Origin: an uncultured Rhodospirillaceae bacterium | GTDB lineage: Bacteria; Pseudomonadota; Alphaproteobacteria; SP197 | Length of the DNA stretch: 64,000 nt | Direction: 5' to 3' | Assembly (NCBI GenBank): GCA_964530335.1 | Contig: CAZGYG010000001.1 | Coordinates: 79,770 to 143,769, forward strand | Part shown: positions 8,297 through 17,052 of the stretch, one piece after another | Layout: the number at the start of each line of letters is the position of its first letter | Numbering within the stretch: the stretch's first letter is position 1 | The notes under the pieces: generated by a model | What the model was told of the DNA's origin: nothing | Databases searched by the model: none | What the model saw: the letters and a program-made list of their open reading frames with translations, nothing else | Made by a program: the position numbers and the translations under genes

Positions 8297-10387
8297 ATGC
8301 GACCGGAAGCCCTGTTCCCGCTGTTCGCCGGCCTGGCCGATCTGCCCGGGCTGGGGCCCCGGCTGGCCGGCCTGGTGGCCAAGGCGATCGGCGGACCGCA
8401 CGTCAGCGACGCGCTGTGGCACATGCCGTACGCGCTGATCGACCGTCGCCGGGCCAGCACGGTGGCCGAGGCAGCCGTGGGCGAGGTCGCGACGCTGACC
8501 GTCGTGGTCGATCGGCACGAACCTCCGCCCACGGCGCGCGCCCGCCTGCCCTACCGCGTCCACTGCCGCGACGCCACGGGGTTCGTGACCTTGGTGTTCT
8601 TCCATGGCAAGCCGAAGTACATGGAGTCGCTGCTGCCGGTTGGCGCCACCCGGGTGGTCAGCGGGCGGCTGGACGTGTACGGCACCGAGCGCCAGATCGT
8701 CCACCCCGACCATATCGTCGAGGAAAAGGCGCGCGCCGCGATCCAGGTGCTCGAGCCGGTCTATCCCCTGACCGAGGGCCTGACGCCCAAGGTGCTGCGC
8801 AAGGCAGTGCTGGGCGCGCTCGTGCGCGCGCCCGAGCTGCCCGAATGGCTCGACCCGACGCTGGTCGCGCGACACGGCTGGCCGGCGTGGCGCGCCGCGC
8901 TCGAACGCTGCCATCGGCCGGCCGAGTCCGGCGACATCGCGCCCGAAGGGCCGGCGCGTTCGCGCCTGGCCTACGACGAGCTGCTGGCCAGCCAGCTCGC
9001 GCTCGGCCTGATGCGGGCCAGGCGCCAAACCTTGCCGGGCCGAGCGGTCACGGGCGACGGCCGGCTCGTGGCCCTGGCGCGGGGCGCCCTGCCCTTCGCC
9101 CTGACCGAGGACCAGGAACGGGCGATCGCCGAGATCGCGGCCGACATGGCCAAGCCCGCCCGCATGCATCGGCTGCTGCAAGGCGACGTCGGCAGCGGCA
9201 AGACCGTGGTCGCCGCGCTCGCCATGCTGAGCGCGGTCGAGGCCGGGTTCCAGGCGGCGCTCATGGCGCCGACCGAGGTGCTGGCGCGCCAGCATCACGC
9301 GACGCTCGCGCCGATCGCGGCCGCGGCGGGGGTCGACGTGCTGGTCCTGACCGGGCGCGACAAGGGCAAGGCCCGACGCACCGCGCTCGCCGCCCTGGCC
9401 GAGGGCCGCGCCGCGCTGGCGATCGGCACCCACGCGTTGTTCCAGGAGGAGGTCGAGTTCCACGCGCTCGCGCTCGCGGTGGTCGACGAGCAGCACCGCT
9501 TCGGCGTTCACGAGCGGCTGCTGCTGGCCGAGAAGGGCAAGGGCTGCCACGTCCTGGTGCTGACCGCGACGCCGATCCCGCGCAGCCTCCAGCTCGCGGC
9601 GTTCGGCGATCTCGACGTCTCGTCGCTGCGCCACAAACCGCCCGGGCGCAAGCCGATCGCGACCCGCACCGTTCCGCTCGACCGGCTCGACGACGTCATC
9701 GCGGGTGTCGGCCGGGCGCTGCGCGACCGGCGCAAGGTCTATTGGGTCTGCCCGCTGGTGGCGGAATCCGAGAGCCTCGACGTACAAGCGGCGGAGGAGC
9801 GCCATCGCCTGCTCGCGGCCCGCTTCGGCGCCCGGGTCGGCCTGGTCCACGGCCGCCTGCCGGCGCCCCAGCGGGACGCGGCGCTGGAGGCGTTCGCCAC
9901 GGGCGCCGTCGATCTGCTGGTCGCGACCACGGTGATCGAGGTCGGCGTCGACGTGCCGGCCGCGACGGTGATGATCGTCGAGCACGCCGAACGCTTCGGC
10001 CTGGCCCAGCTCCACCAGTTGCGCGGCCGGGTCGGGCGCGGCGCCGGCGCGTCGAGCTGCGTCCTGGTCTACGCCAAGCCCCTCGGCGAGACCGCGCGTT
10101 CCCGGCTCAACGTTTTGCGCACCATCGACGACGGGTTCGTCATCGCCGAGGAAGACCTGCGGCTGCGCGGCGCCGGCGAGCTCTTGGGCACCCGGCAGAG
10201 CGGCTTCCCCGAGTTCCGCCTGGCCGACCTGGCTTTTCACGCCGACCTGCTGGCGATCGCGGCGGCGGACGCGCGCTACGTGCTTGCCCGCGATCCCGAG
10301 CTCGCCGGGCCGCGCGGCGACGCGCTCCGCCACCTGCTCTACCTGTTCGAACGCGACCAGGCGGTGCGGCTCCTGCGCGCCGGTTAG
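8297..10387 (+). CDS. recG: ATP-dependent DNA helicase RecG
   Basis: The start is taken at ATG 8297 (MRPEALFPLFAGLADLPGLGPR...). Wedge/OB region, helicase motifs GDVGSGKTVVA and DEQHRFGV, and a TRG-like C-terminus. The stop is TAG at 10385-10387. Confidence 0.93.
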   Translation: MRPEALFPLFAGLADLPGLGPRLAGLVAKAIGGPHVSDALWHMPYALIDRRRASTVAEAAVGEVATLTVVVDRHEPPPTARARLPYRVHCRDATGFVTLVFFHGKPKYMESLLPVGATRVVSGRLDVYGTERQIVHPDHIVEEKARAAIQVLEPVYPLTEGLTPKVLRKAVLGALVRAPELPEWLDPTLVARHGWPAWRAALERCHRPAESGDIAPEGPARSRLAYDELLASQLALGLMRARRQTLPGRAVTGDGRLVALARGALPFALTEDQERAIAEIAADMAKPARMHRLLQGDVGSGKTVVAALAMLSAVEAGFQAALMAPTEVLARQHHATLAPIAAAAGVDVLVLTGRDKGKARRTALAALAEGRAALAIGTHALFQEEVEFHALALAVVDEQHRFGVHERLLLAEKGKGCHVLVLTATPIPRSLQLAAFGDLDVSSLRHKPPGRKPIATRTVPLDRLDDVIAGVGRALRDRRKVYWVCPLVAESESLDVQAAEERHRLLAARFGARVGLVHGRLPAPQRDAALEAFATGAVDLLVATTVIEVGVDVPAATVMIVEHAERFGLAQLHQLRGRVGRGAGASSCVLVYAKPLGETARSRLNVLRTIDDGFVIAEEDLRLRGAGELLGTRQSGFPEFRLADLAFHADLLAIAAADARYVLARDPELAGPRGDALRHLLYLFERDQAVRLLRAG

Positions 10388-10536
10388 CAGGTTGTTGAAA
10401 AACCCCCGGAGCGTCATTGCGAGGAGGGCGAAGCCCGACGCGGCAATCCAGAATTCCGCCGATCTCTGCGGTTGCCCCTGGATCGCCACGGCCACTTCGT
10501 GGCCTCGCGATGACGATGCCGAGGGTTTTTCAACAG
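10388..10536. mobile_element. 149-bp foldback / MITE-like repeat element flanked by the 8-bp direct repeat CCGGTTAG
   Basis: Terminal inverted repeats are GTTGAAAAACCC (10394-10405) and GGGTTTTTCAAC (10523-10534). They continue inward as AGCGTCATTGCGAGG versus CCTCGCGATGACGA. CCGGTTAG occurs at 10380-10387 and again at 10537-10544. A related shorter copy lies at 20860-20945. Confidence 0.7.
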
Positions 10537-10540
10537 CCGG

Positions 10541-11131
10541 TTAGAGCACTTCCTGGCCGAGCCAGCGGTAGGCTCCGGCGCTGACGATGCGAACCTCGTT
10601 GCCGCTGGGCGCGCGCACGAAGGCCTCGCACGCGGCGTAGTCGGCGAACGACCAGACCGCCAGATGGGCCGGATCGGGGCCGAGCAGGCCGACGCGGCGC
10701 AGCACATAGGCGAGCCGCCCGCCGGCCGCCGGCCGGGCGCGGAACCATGCCGCGATCGCCGCGTCCTCGGCCGCGCTGTCGAAGCGCTCGATCAGGTGGA
10801 GCCCCGCGGGTTCCGTGCCATCTTCGACCAGCGCATCGTAGAGCCCGGCGTCCGTGATCTCGATCGCCCGGTGCATGGCGTGGCTGCGACGGTTGCCGGC
10901 GCGGTAGTCGTCCGAAGCGAAGTACGCTTCCCAGGCGTCCAGCCGGGCGATGCCGGGAATGCGCCACAGCGCCAGGTAGTCTGGGTGCGGACCGAGCCGC
11001 AGCGTACGGCCGAGCTGCAGCACCATGCGATCGACTTGGCCGTCGACCCACGACGCGGCCTGGTCGGCGAGGGCGCGGAAGATCTCGATCGGCATCGAGC
11101 GGTCGCGCGCAATGAACTCGACGTAGTACAC
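10541..11131 (-). CDS. Hypothetical protein with an internal two-fold repeat (possible ferredoxin-like / dimeric alpha-beta-barrel fold)
   Basis: The region is in frame in the track ORF 10541..11518. Upstream of 11131 it overlaps the SDR gene. The candidate start is GTG 11131 (VYYVEFIARDRS...) or ATG 11095 (MPIEIF...). The two halves resemble each other (YYVEFIAR...GPHPDYLALW versus LHLIERFD...GPDPAHLAVW). Confidence 0.55.
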   Translation of the reverse strand: MYYVEFIARDRSMPIEIFRALADQAASWVDGQVDRMVLQLGRTLRLGPHPDYLALWRIPGIARLDAWEAYFASDDYRAGNRRSHAMHRAIEITDAGLYDALVEDGTEPAGLHLIERFDSAAEDAAIAAWFRARPAAGGRLAYVLRRVGLLGPDPAHLAVWSFADYAACEAFVRAPSGNEVRIVSAGAYRWLGQEVL

Positions 11132-11133
11132 GG

Positions 11134-11973
11134 CTACCAGAGCGAGCCGGCGGCTATGGTGACGTCCTGGCCGGTGATGCCGAATGCCTCGTCGCGGCAC
11201 AGGTACGCGGCGAGAGCGCCGACCTCGCTGGCCGGGATCCAACGCTGCTGCGGGATTTGCCTGCGGATGTGCTCGCGGTACTCGTCGTCGCTCATGGTCA
11301 GGCCGTCGATCGCCTTCTGCTGGCGCTGGGCGATGCGGCTCTGGGGCGTATCGACGAAGCCGGGGTTGATCGCGTTGCACGATACGCCGTGCGGCGCGCC
11401 CTCCAGGGCGACGCACCGGGTCAGGCCGAGCAACCCGGATTTCGCGGAGCAATAGGCGGCGTGCGCCGGCGCCCCGACGTTGGCGGCGGTCGACGCGAAG
11501 TTGACGATGCGCCCCCACTTGCGCTCGATCATGCCCGGCAGGCAGCGCTTGATCGTCCGGTACGGCCCGTTCAGGCAGACGTCGATGATGGCGTGCCAGA
11601 TGGCGTCGGGGTGGTTCGACATGAAGGCGCGCGCCGAATGCCCAGCGGCGTTGACCAGGATGTCGATCTGGCCCAACGCACGGACAACGGCGTCGTAGGT
11701 CGCTTGGACCGAGTCGTCCTTGGCGACGTTGAAGCCGAACGCGAACGCGCGGACGCCCTCGGCGGCGATCGCCGCCCGGGTGGCCTCGAGCTCGGCGTCG
11801 GTCAGGGTGTAGGCGTTCTGCTCGGGCCGGAGCGTCCCCTTCTCGCTCACGGGCAGCGAGGCGATCGCCACGTCGGCGCCGAGACGGGCCAGCGCCAGCG
11901 CCACCTCGCGCCCCATGCCCGTGGCGCCCCCGGTCACCCAGGCCTTGCGTCCCGCCAGTGCCTTGTCCGCCAT
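11134..11973 (-). CDS. Classical short-chain dehydrogenase/reductase (SDR)
   Basis: Motifs VTGGATGMGRE (TGxxxGxG), NAAG and YCSAKSG (YxxxK). 279 aa. Confidence 0.85.
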   Translation of the reverse strand: MADKALAGRKAWVTGGATGMGREVALALARLGADVAIASLPVSEKGTLRPEQNAYTLTDAELEATRAAIAAEGVRAFAFGFNVAKDDSVQATYDAVVRALGQIDILVNAAGHSARAFMSNHPDAIWHAIIDVCLNGPYRTIKRCLPGMIERKWGRIVNFASTAANVGAPAHAAYCSAKSGLLGLTRCVALEGAPHGVSCNAINPGFVDTPQSRIAQRQQKAIDGLTMSDDEYREHIRRQIPQQRWIPASEVGALAAYLCRDEAFGITGQDVTIAAGSLW

Positions 11974-11986
11974 GTTGGTCCCTTCC

Positions 11987-12766
11987 CTAGAGTGTTCCCG
12001 GGTACGCGCCGCCGTCGATCAACAGGTTCTGCCCGGCGATGAACCCGGCGTGCGCGCCGCACAGGAAGGCGCACGCGGCGCCCAACTCGTCCGGGTCGCC
12101 GAACCGGCCGGCGGTCTGCTGCGCGCGCAGCGCCGCGTGCCGGTGCTCGAACGATTCGCCCTGGCGCGCGGCCGTGGACCGGATGCCTTCGCGCAGCCGG
12201 TCGGTCTCAAACGATCCCGGCAGCAGGTTGTTGATCGTGACGCCGTGCGCCACGACCTGACGGGAAAGCCCGGCGACGAACCCGGTCAGCGCCATGCGCG
12301 CGCCGTTCGACAAGGCAAGCTCGGCGATCGGCGACTTCACCGTGATAGAGGTGATGTTGACGATGCGGCCCCAGCGGCGCGCGATCATGCCGTCGATCGT
12401 CGCCTTGATCAGCTCGATCGGCGTCAGCATGTTGGCGTCGAGCGCCGCGAGCCACTCGGCGCGACCAAACGCGCGGCCATCGCCGCGCGGTGGCCCGCCG
12501 GCGTTGGTCACCAGGATGTCGGGCTCGGGACATGCCGCCAAAAGCCGCGCCCGGCACTCCGCCGTCGTAATGTCGCCGGCCACGGTCATCACCGCCACGC
12601 CGGTCGCCGCCCGGATCGCCGCGGCCGTCGCCTCCAATGTCTCGGCGCCGCGCGCGTTCAGCGTCAGCGCCACGCCTTCGCGCGCCAGGGCCAAGGCGCA
12701 CGCCCGGCCGAGCCCCTTGCTCGAGGCGCAGACGATGGCCTTGCGGCCGGCGATGCCGAGGTCCAT
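11987..12766 (-). CDS. Atypical SDR-fold oxidoreductase (BKR-like subgroup without the canonical YxxxK)
   Basis: MDLGIAGRKAIVCASSKGLGRA in place of TGxxxGIG, plus NAGGPP, and LSNGARMALTGF where YxxxK is expected. It is a paralogue of 14168-14944. Confidence 0.8.
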   Translation of the reverse strand: MDLGIAGRKAIVCASSKGLGRACALALAREGVALTLNARGAETLEATAAAIRAATGVAVMTVAGDITTAECRARLLAACPEPDILVTNAGGPPRGDGRAFGRAEWLAALDANMLTPIELIKATIDGMIARRWGRIVNITSITVKSPIAELALSNGARMALTGFVAGLSRQVVAHGVTINNLLPGSFETDRLREGIRSTAARQGESFEHRHAALRAQQTAGRFGDPDELGAACAFLCGAHAGFIAGQNLLIDGGAYPGTL

Positions 12767-12778
12767 GACGTGTCGCGG

Positions 12779-14089
12779 CTAGGCGATCTCGGCGAGCGCG
12801 GCGTCGGCGGCGGCGAGCGTCGCGTCGATCGCCGCGTCGTCATGGGCCGCCGAGATGAACCAGATACCGCGCGCCGTGGTGCGCACGCCGTGCCGTGCGA
12901 GCGCCGCCACGAACGCCCCGAGCCGGGCTGCATCGGCGCGCGCGACGGAACGGAAGTCCGTGACCTCGCTCTGGTCGGTCACCAAGGCGCAAAACACCGG
13001 GCCGATGCCCTGCACCAGCAGCGGCACGCGGTGCCGCCGGGCCGCCGCGCTGAGCCCCGCCATCAACCGTTCGCCCAGCGCCCGCATGTGCCCGTAGACC
13101 GCCCCGCCATCGGCGGCGAGCGCGTCGAGAGTGGCCGCCGCCGCGACGACCGCGGGCAGGCAGGCGTTGTAGGTGCCCGAATGCACCACGTGGCCCTCGG
13201 GCGCCAGCAGGTCCATCGCGTCGGCGCGCCCCGCGATGAACGCGAGCGGGAATCCCGCGGCCACCGCCTTGGCGAATGCCGCGAGGTCCGGCGTCACGCC
13301 GAGCATGCCTTGGGCGCCCGCGAGCCCGAACCGGAAACCGGTGATGACCTCGTCGAAGATCAGGAGCGCGCCGGCGCGCCGGGTCGCTTCGCGCGCCCGT
13401 TCCAGGTATCCGGAGCGCGGCGGGATGACCCCGCAATTGCACAGGACCGGCTCCATGATGACGCCGGCGATGTCGTCGCCGTGTCGTTGGAGCGTCGTCG
13501 CCAGCGCGTCGGCGTCGTTCCACGGCAGGACGATCACGTCGTCGAGCACGGCGGGCGGAATGCCTCGGCTCATCGGCACCGGGACCGGCGCCTCGGCCGG
13601 CCCCGCTTCGTTGAGCGGCGGGCGCACGCTGATGAGGATGTTGTCGAGCCAACCGTGGTAGTGGCCCTCGAACTTGACGATCTTGCGCCTGCCGGTGAAC
13701 GCCCGCGCCAGCCTGAGCGTGGCGTGCACCGCCTCGGAGCCCGAGATCGCCAGCCGCACCCGTTCCGCGCACGGGACCAGACCGGCGAGCCGCCGGCACA
13801 GCGCCACCTCGTCCGGGTGCTGGGCGGCGAAGGTCTGGCCGCGCGCCAGGCTTGCGGTCACCGCCGCGAGCACGCCGGCCGGCGCGTGGCCAAGGATCGC
13901 CGCGCCGTTGCCGATGACGTAGTCGATCAGCACGTTGCCGTCGACGTCGACGACGCGCGCCCCCTCGCCGCGCTCGATGTAGAGCGGCCCGCCGGGCGCA
14001 TCGGCCAGACGCGCGTTGCTGTTGACGCCACCGGGCATGACGGTGCGCGCTTCGGCGAGCAACGCCTTCGACGCCTGAAACGTCGCCAT
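12779..14089 (-). CDS. Class-III PLP-dependent aminotransferase (glutamate-1-semialdehyde aminomutase-like)
   Basis: Motifs MPGGVNSNAR, GHAP, FDEVITGFR and FAKAVAAGFP (PLP lysine context). 436 aa. The competing ORF 12840..14144 is Arg/Gly-rich junk. Confidence 0.85.
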   Translation of the reverse strand: MATFQASKALLAEARTVMPGGVNSNARLADAPGGPLYIERGEGARVVDVDGNVLIDYVIGNGAAILGHAPAGVLAAVTASLARGQTFAAQHPDEVALCRRLAGLVPCAERVRLAISGSEAVHATLRLARAFTGRRKIVKFEGHYHGWLDNILISVRPPLNEAGPAEAPVPVPMSRGIPPAVLDDVIVLPWNDADALATTLQRHGDDIAGVIMEPVLCNCGVIPPRSGYLERAREATRRAGALLIFDEVITGFRFGLAGAQGMLGVTPDLAAFAKAVAAGFPLAFIAGRADAMDLLAPEGHVVHSGTYNACLPAVVAAAATLDALAADGGAVYGHMRALGERLMAGLSAAARRHRVPLLVQGIGPVFCALVTDQSEVTDFRSVARADAARLGAFVAALARHGVRTTARGIWFISAAHDDAAIDATLAAADAALAEIA

Positions 14090-14167
14090 GCCCCCTCCCC
14101 TTGGTCGCCCGATCGAGTGTATACGGGGTGCGGCGTGCCGTCACCGGCGCGGCAGTGGGGTAACAAA

Positions 14168-14944
14168 ATGGATCTCGGCATCGCCGGTCGGCGGGCGATC
14201 GTGTGCGCCTCGAGCAAGGGGCTCGGCCGCGCCTGCGCCGAGGCCCTGGTCCGCGAGGGGGTCGAGGTCACGCTCAACGGGCGCGACCGGGCGACGCTCA
14301 ACGCCGCGGCGCAGGCGATCCGCGCCGCCACCGGCGTCGCCGTCCATGCGGTCGCGGGCGACATCACCGCCGAGGCGACCCGCGCGGCGCTCATCGCCCG
14401 ATGCCCGGAACCGGACATCCTGATCAACAACGCGGGCGGGCCGCCGCCAGGCGATTTCCGCCGCTGGTCGATCGACGACTGGCATCGCGCGCTCGACGCC
14501 AACATGCTGGCGCCGATCGCCATGATCGGTCTGGTGCTCGACGGCATGGTCGCCAGGCGCTGGGGTCGCATCGTCAACATCACGTCCGGCGCCGTTAAGG
14601 CCCCGATCGCGACCCTGGGGCTATCCAACGGCGCCCGCGCCGGGCTGACCGGCTTCGTCGCGGGCCTGGCGCGCCAGGTCGCGGCCAAGGGCGTCACGAT
14701 CAACAATCTGCTGCCCGGCCCGTTCGAGACCGACCGCCTGCGCGCCAACATCGCGGCGCGCGCCAAGGAGGGCGAGAGCTACGACGCCGCCGCCGGGCGC
14801 GAACGCGCCGCGATCCCGGCCGGCCGGTTCGGCGCCCCCGACGAGTTCGGTGCCGCGTGCGCCTTCCTGTGCGGCAGCCACGCCGGGTTCATCACCGGCC
14901 AGAACCTGCTGCTCGACGGCGGCAAGTTCCCGGGTACGCTGTGA
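14168..14944 (+). CDS. Atypical SDR-fold oxidoreductase, inverted paralogue of 11987-12766
   Basis: These are the last 259 codons of the artefactual 1009-aa ORF 11915..14944. ATG at 14168 gives MDLGIAGRRAIVCASSKGLGRA...LSNGARAGLTGF...GQNLLLDGGKFPGTL. By eye, well over half of the positions are identical to the paralogue. Confidence 0.85.
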   Translation: MDLGIAGRRAIVCASSKGLGRACAEALVREGVEVTLNGRDRATLNAAAQAIRAATGVAVHAVAGDITAEATRAALIARCPEPDILINNAGGPPPGDFRRWSIDDWHRALDANMLAPIAMIGLVLDGMVARRWGRIVNITSGAVKAPIATLGLSNGARAGLTGFVAGLARQVAAKGVTINNLLPGPFETDRLRANIAARAKEGESYDAAAGRERAAIPAGRFGAPDEFGAACAFLCGSHAGFITGQNLLLDGGKFPGTL

Positions 14945-14956
14945 TCGCGCCCGGCC

Positions 14957-16696
14957 TCAGCCCGGCAGGCCGGCGCGCCGCAGCGCCTCGAGGAAATGGT
15001 GCCTGTCGTCGGGGGACTGGAACGGCTCGGCCTGGGCCATGCGGTCGACCGCGAAGGTCGGCATGATGCGGATGACCTCGGCCAGCTTCTGCCGGGCGCT
15101 GTCGATCCGTCCGAGCATCGCGAGCGTGGCCGCGTGAAAGGCGCGCTCCCAGTAGTAGGGCGACGGCATGTGGTTGAAGGCTTCAAGCGCTTCGTCGTAG
15201 CGCCGGCCCACGAACAACGCCATGGCGCGCAGGCCCAGATAGCGGCCGGCGTGGCACGGGTTCAGGCGGGCCGCCTGAGTGAACATGTCCAGCGCTTCGC
15301 TCGACTTGCCGAGATAGCAATTGAGCAGACCCATGCGCGACAGCGCCACGGGGTCGTTGCCGTCCAGGCCGACGGCCTTGGAAAGGTGGAACTGCGCCTG
15401 GAGGAAGCGCTTGCGATAGAGTTGGAGATAGCCGAGCGCGTGGTGCGCGATCGCCAGGTCGTCATCGATTCCGAGCGCGGCCCGCGCGCACGTGGCGCAG
15501 GCCTCGGCCTCGTCCTCCTCGCGCCCCTTGCGATAGGCCAGGAGGTGAATCATGGCCAGAAAGCCCAGGGCCTCGGCGCACGCCGGGTCTAAGCCGAGCG
15601 CCTGGTCGAACTGCTCGCGGGCGGCGCGGTCATCGGCCGGCGTCATACGCCCGAACAGCTCGCGACCCTTCAGCAGGGCCTCGTAAGCCTCCGGCGTCGC
15701 CGCACGGGCGCGCGAGGCGCGGGCGAGCCATTCCGCGTCGGGTGGGCCGACCAGCCTTTCGGCGATCTCGCCCGCGAGCTTGCTCAGGCCCTTGAAGATT
15801 TCAGGGAACCCGCACGACCGGCTGCCCGACCAGATCTTCTCTCCGGTCATGGCATCGATCAGGGTCGCTTCGATCGTGACTTCGTCGCCGGGCTGGACCG
15901 TGCCGCCGAGCAGGTAGCGCACACCGAGCCGAGCCGCGGCATTGTGCGGATTCGCCGTGCCGTCGCGAAACATGAAGGACGAATTGCGCGTCACGACGAT
16001 GAGCCCGTTCACCCGCGCGAGGTCGCCGATCAGCTCCTCGCTGATGCCCTCGCTGACGTAGGCGAGGTCCGGGTCCGGTTGCGCGGTGACGAACGGCAGC
16101 ACGGCGAGCGATGGCATGTCCTGCCCATCGCGGGCGAACTTCGTCCCGGGCAAATCGGCTGGCCCCGTACCGAGTTCGATGCGAAACACCTGTACCGGCG
16201 TGTCGATGTTCTTGAGGCGCTGGTTGCCCAGGTCGGTCACGTCCAGGGCGAGCTTGCTGCGAGTCTGGTGGTAGACATCGCGCGGAATGCAGATGCCGCC
16301 GGGTTCGGCGAGCTGTTCGAGGCGAGCGGCGATGTCGACGCCGGCGCCTGAAATCGCTTCGTCGTCGTCGCCGACGACATCGCCGACGTTGACCCCGATG
16401 CGGAACTGCAAGCGACGATCCGCCGGCATCCTGGCGTTGTGCGCCGCCAGCGCGTGCTGCACCTCGACCGCGCCGCCCACCGCGTCGGTCGCGCTGAGGA
16501 ATTCCGCGAGCAGGCTTTCGCCCGACGAGCTCACCAACCTGCCGCCGTGCCGTTCGATGCGCGCCTGGAAGATGGATCGGGCCGCATCCAGGGTGGCGAG
16601 CGCCACCTCTTCGTCGACCTCCATCAGGCTGCCGAAGCCTGCGGCGTCGGCGAACAAGACGGCCGCTACCCTGCGCTTGGTCCCCCCCTGCCCCAT
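14957..16696 (-). CDS. Class-III adenylate/guanylate cyclase fused to a TolB-N-like linker and TPR repeats
   Basis: The N-terminus carries VLFADAAGFGSLME...RIGVNVGDVV (cyclase catalytic domain). The C-terminal half is rich in TPR-like helices (ALGLDPACAEALGFLAMIHL...). Confidence 0.85.
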   Translation of the reverse strand: MGQGGTKRRVAAVLFADAAGFGSLMEVDEEVALATLDAARSIFQARIERHGGRLVSSSGESLLAEFLSATDAVGGAVEVQHALAAHNARMPADRRLQFRIGVNVGDVVGDDDEAISGAGVDIAARLEQLAEPGGICIPRDVYHQTRSKLALDVTDLGNQRLKNIDTPVQVFRIELGTGPADLPGTKFARDGQDMPSLAVLPFVTAQPDPDLAYVSEGISEELIGDLARVNGLIVVTRNSSFMFRDGTANPHNAAARLGVRYLLGGTVQPGDEVTIEATLIDAMTGEKIWSGSRSCGFPEIFKGLSKLAGEIAERLVGPPDAEWLARASRARAATPEAYEALLKGRELFGRMTPADDRAAREQFDQALGLDPACAEALGFLAMIHLLAYRKGREEDEAEACATCARAALGIDDDLAIAHHALGYLQLYRKRFLQAQFHLSKAVGLDGNDPVALSRMGLLNCYLGKSSEALDMFTQAARLNPCHAGRYLGLRAMALFVGRRYDEALEAFNHMPSPYYWERAFHAATLAMLGRIDSARQKLAEVIRIMPTFAVDRMAQAEPFQSPDDRHHFLEALRRAGLPG

Positions 16697-16829
16697 GACA
16701 GCCCCGTTGTTGCGCGGCGCAGTCTAGCCGAACGCCTGCCTTGCGGCAGTAGTACTCGGCGCCGAGGCCGGCAAGGGGGCCTGCCCCCGGGCCGATGGCG
16801 CCCGGGTGCGGTTCCGGCGACGCTTTGGT

Positions 16830-16913
16830 CTAGGCGCCGGCCTTCACGTCCTCGAACAGCCGGATGTAGCTCTCCTCGACCACGGGGTCGAACGCCCGGA
16901 AGAAAATGCCGTG
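16830..16913 (-). pseudogene. 27-codon relic of the C-terminus of a PotD-like solute-binding protein
   Basis: Between two in-frame stops the reverse strand reads HGIFFRAFDPVVEESYIRLFEDVKAGA*. Compare the C-terminus of 39927-41057, VFFEGMEGVYRTRLIQMFEEVKAGA*, and of 1-663, MFQPYDPAVLEKMVNMFDELKIGS*. Confidence 0.5.
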
Positions 16914-17052
16914 CTACGCGATGGCGGGCGGTGAGGCAAAGGCCCGCGAACTTGCAACAGGGGGTCGGTTCGGCCAGCTTCCCGCGCCACGGGTTGCGCC
17001 GTGAATCGAGGGAGAGCGGGATGATCGACTGGGCAGTCTGCCGAACTGGCGG

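Noticed and set aside
7964-10495. 843-aa minus-strand ORF and 660-aa plus-strand alternative frame across recG.
   Set aside because: They are antisense or off-frame to RecG, whose helicase motifs are clear. Their composition is junk-like (poly-Arg/Gly/Asp).
11915-14167. The first ~750 codons of the 1009-aa plus-strand ORF 11915..14944.
   Set aside because: This part runs antisense through two SDR genes and the aminotransferase gene. Only the last 259 codons (from ATG 14168) give a bona fide SDR sequence.
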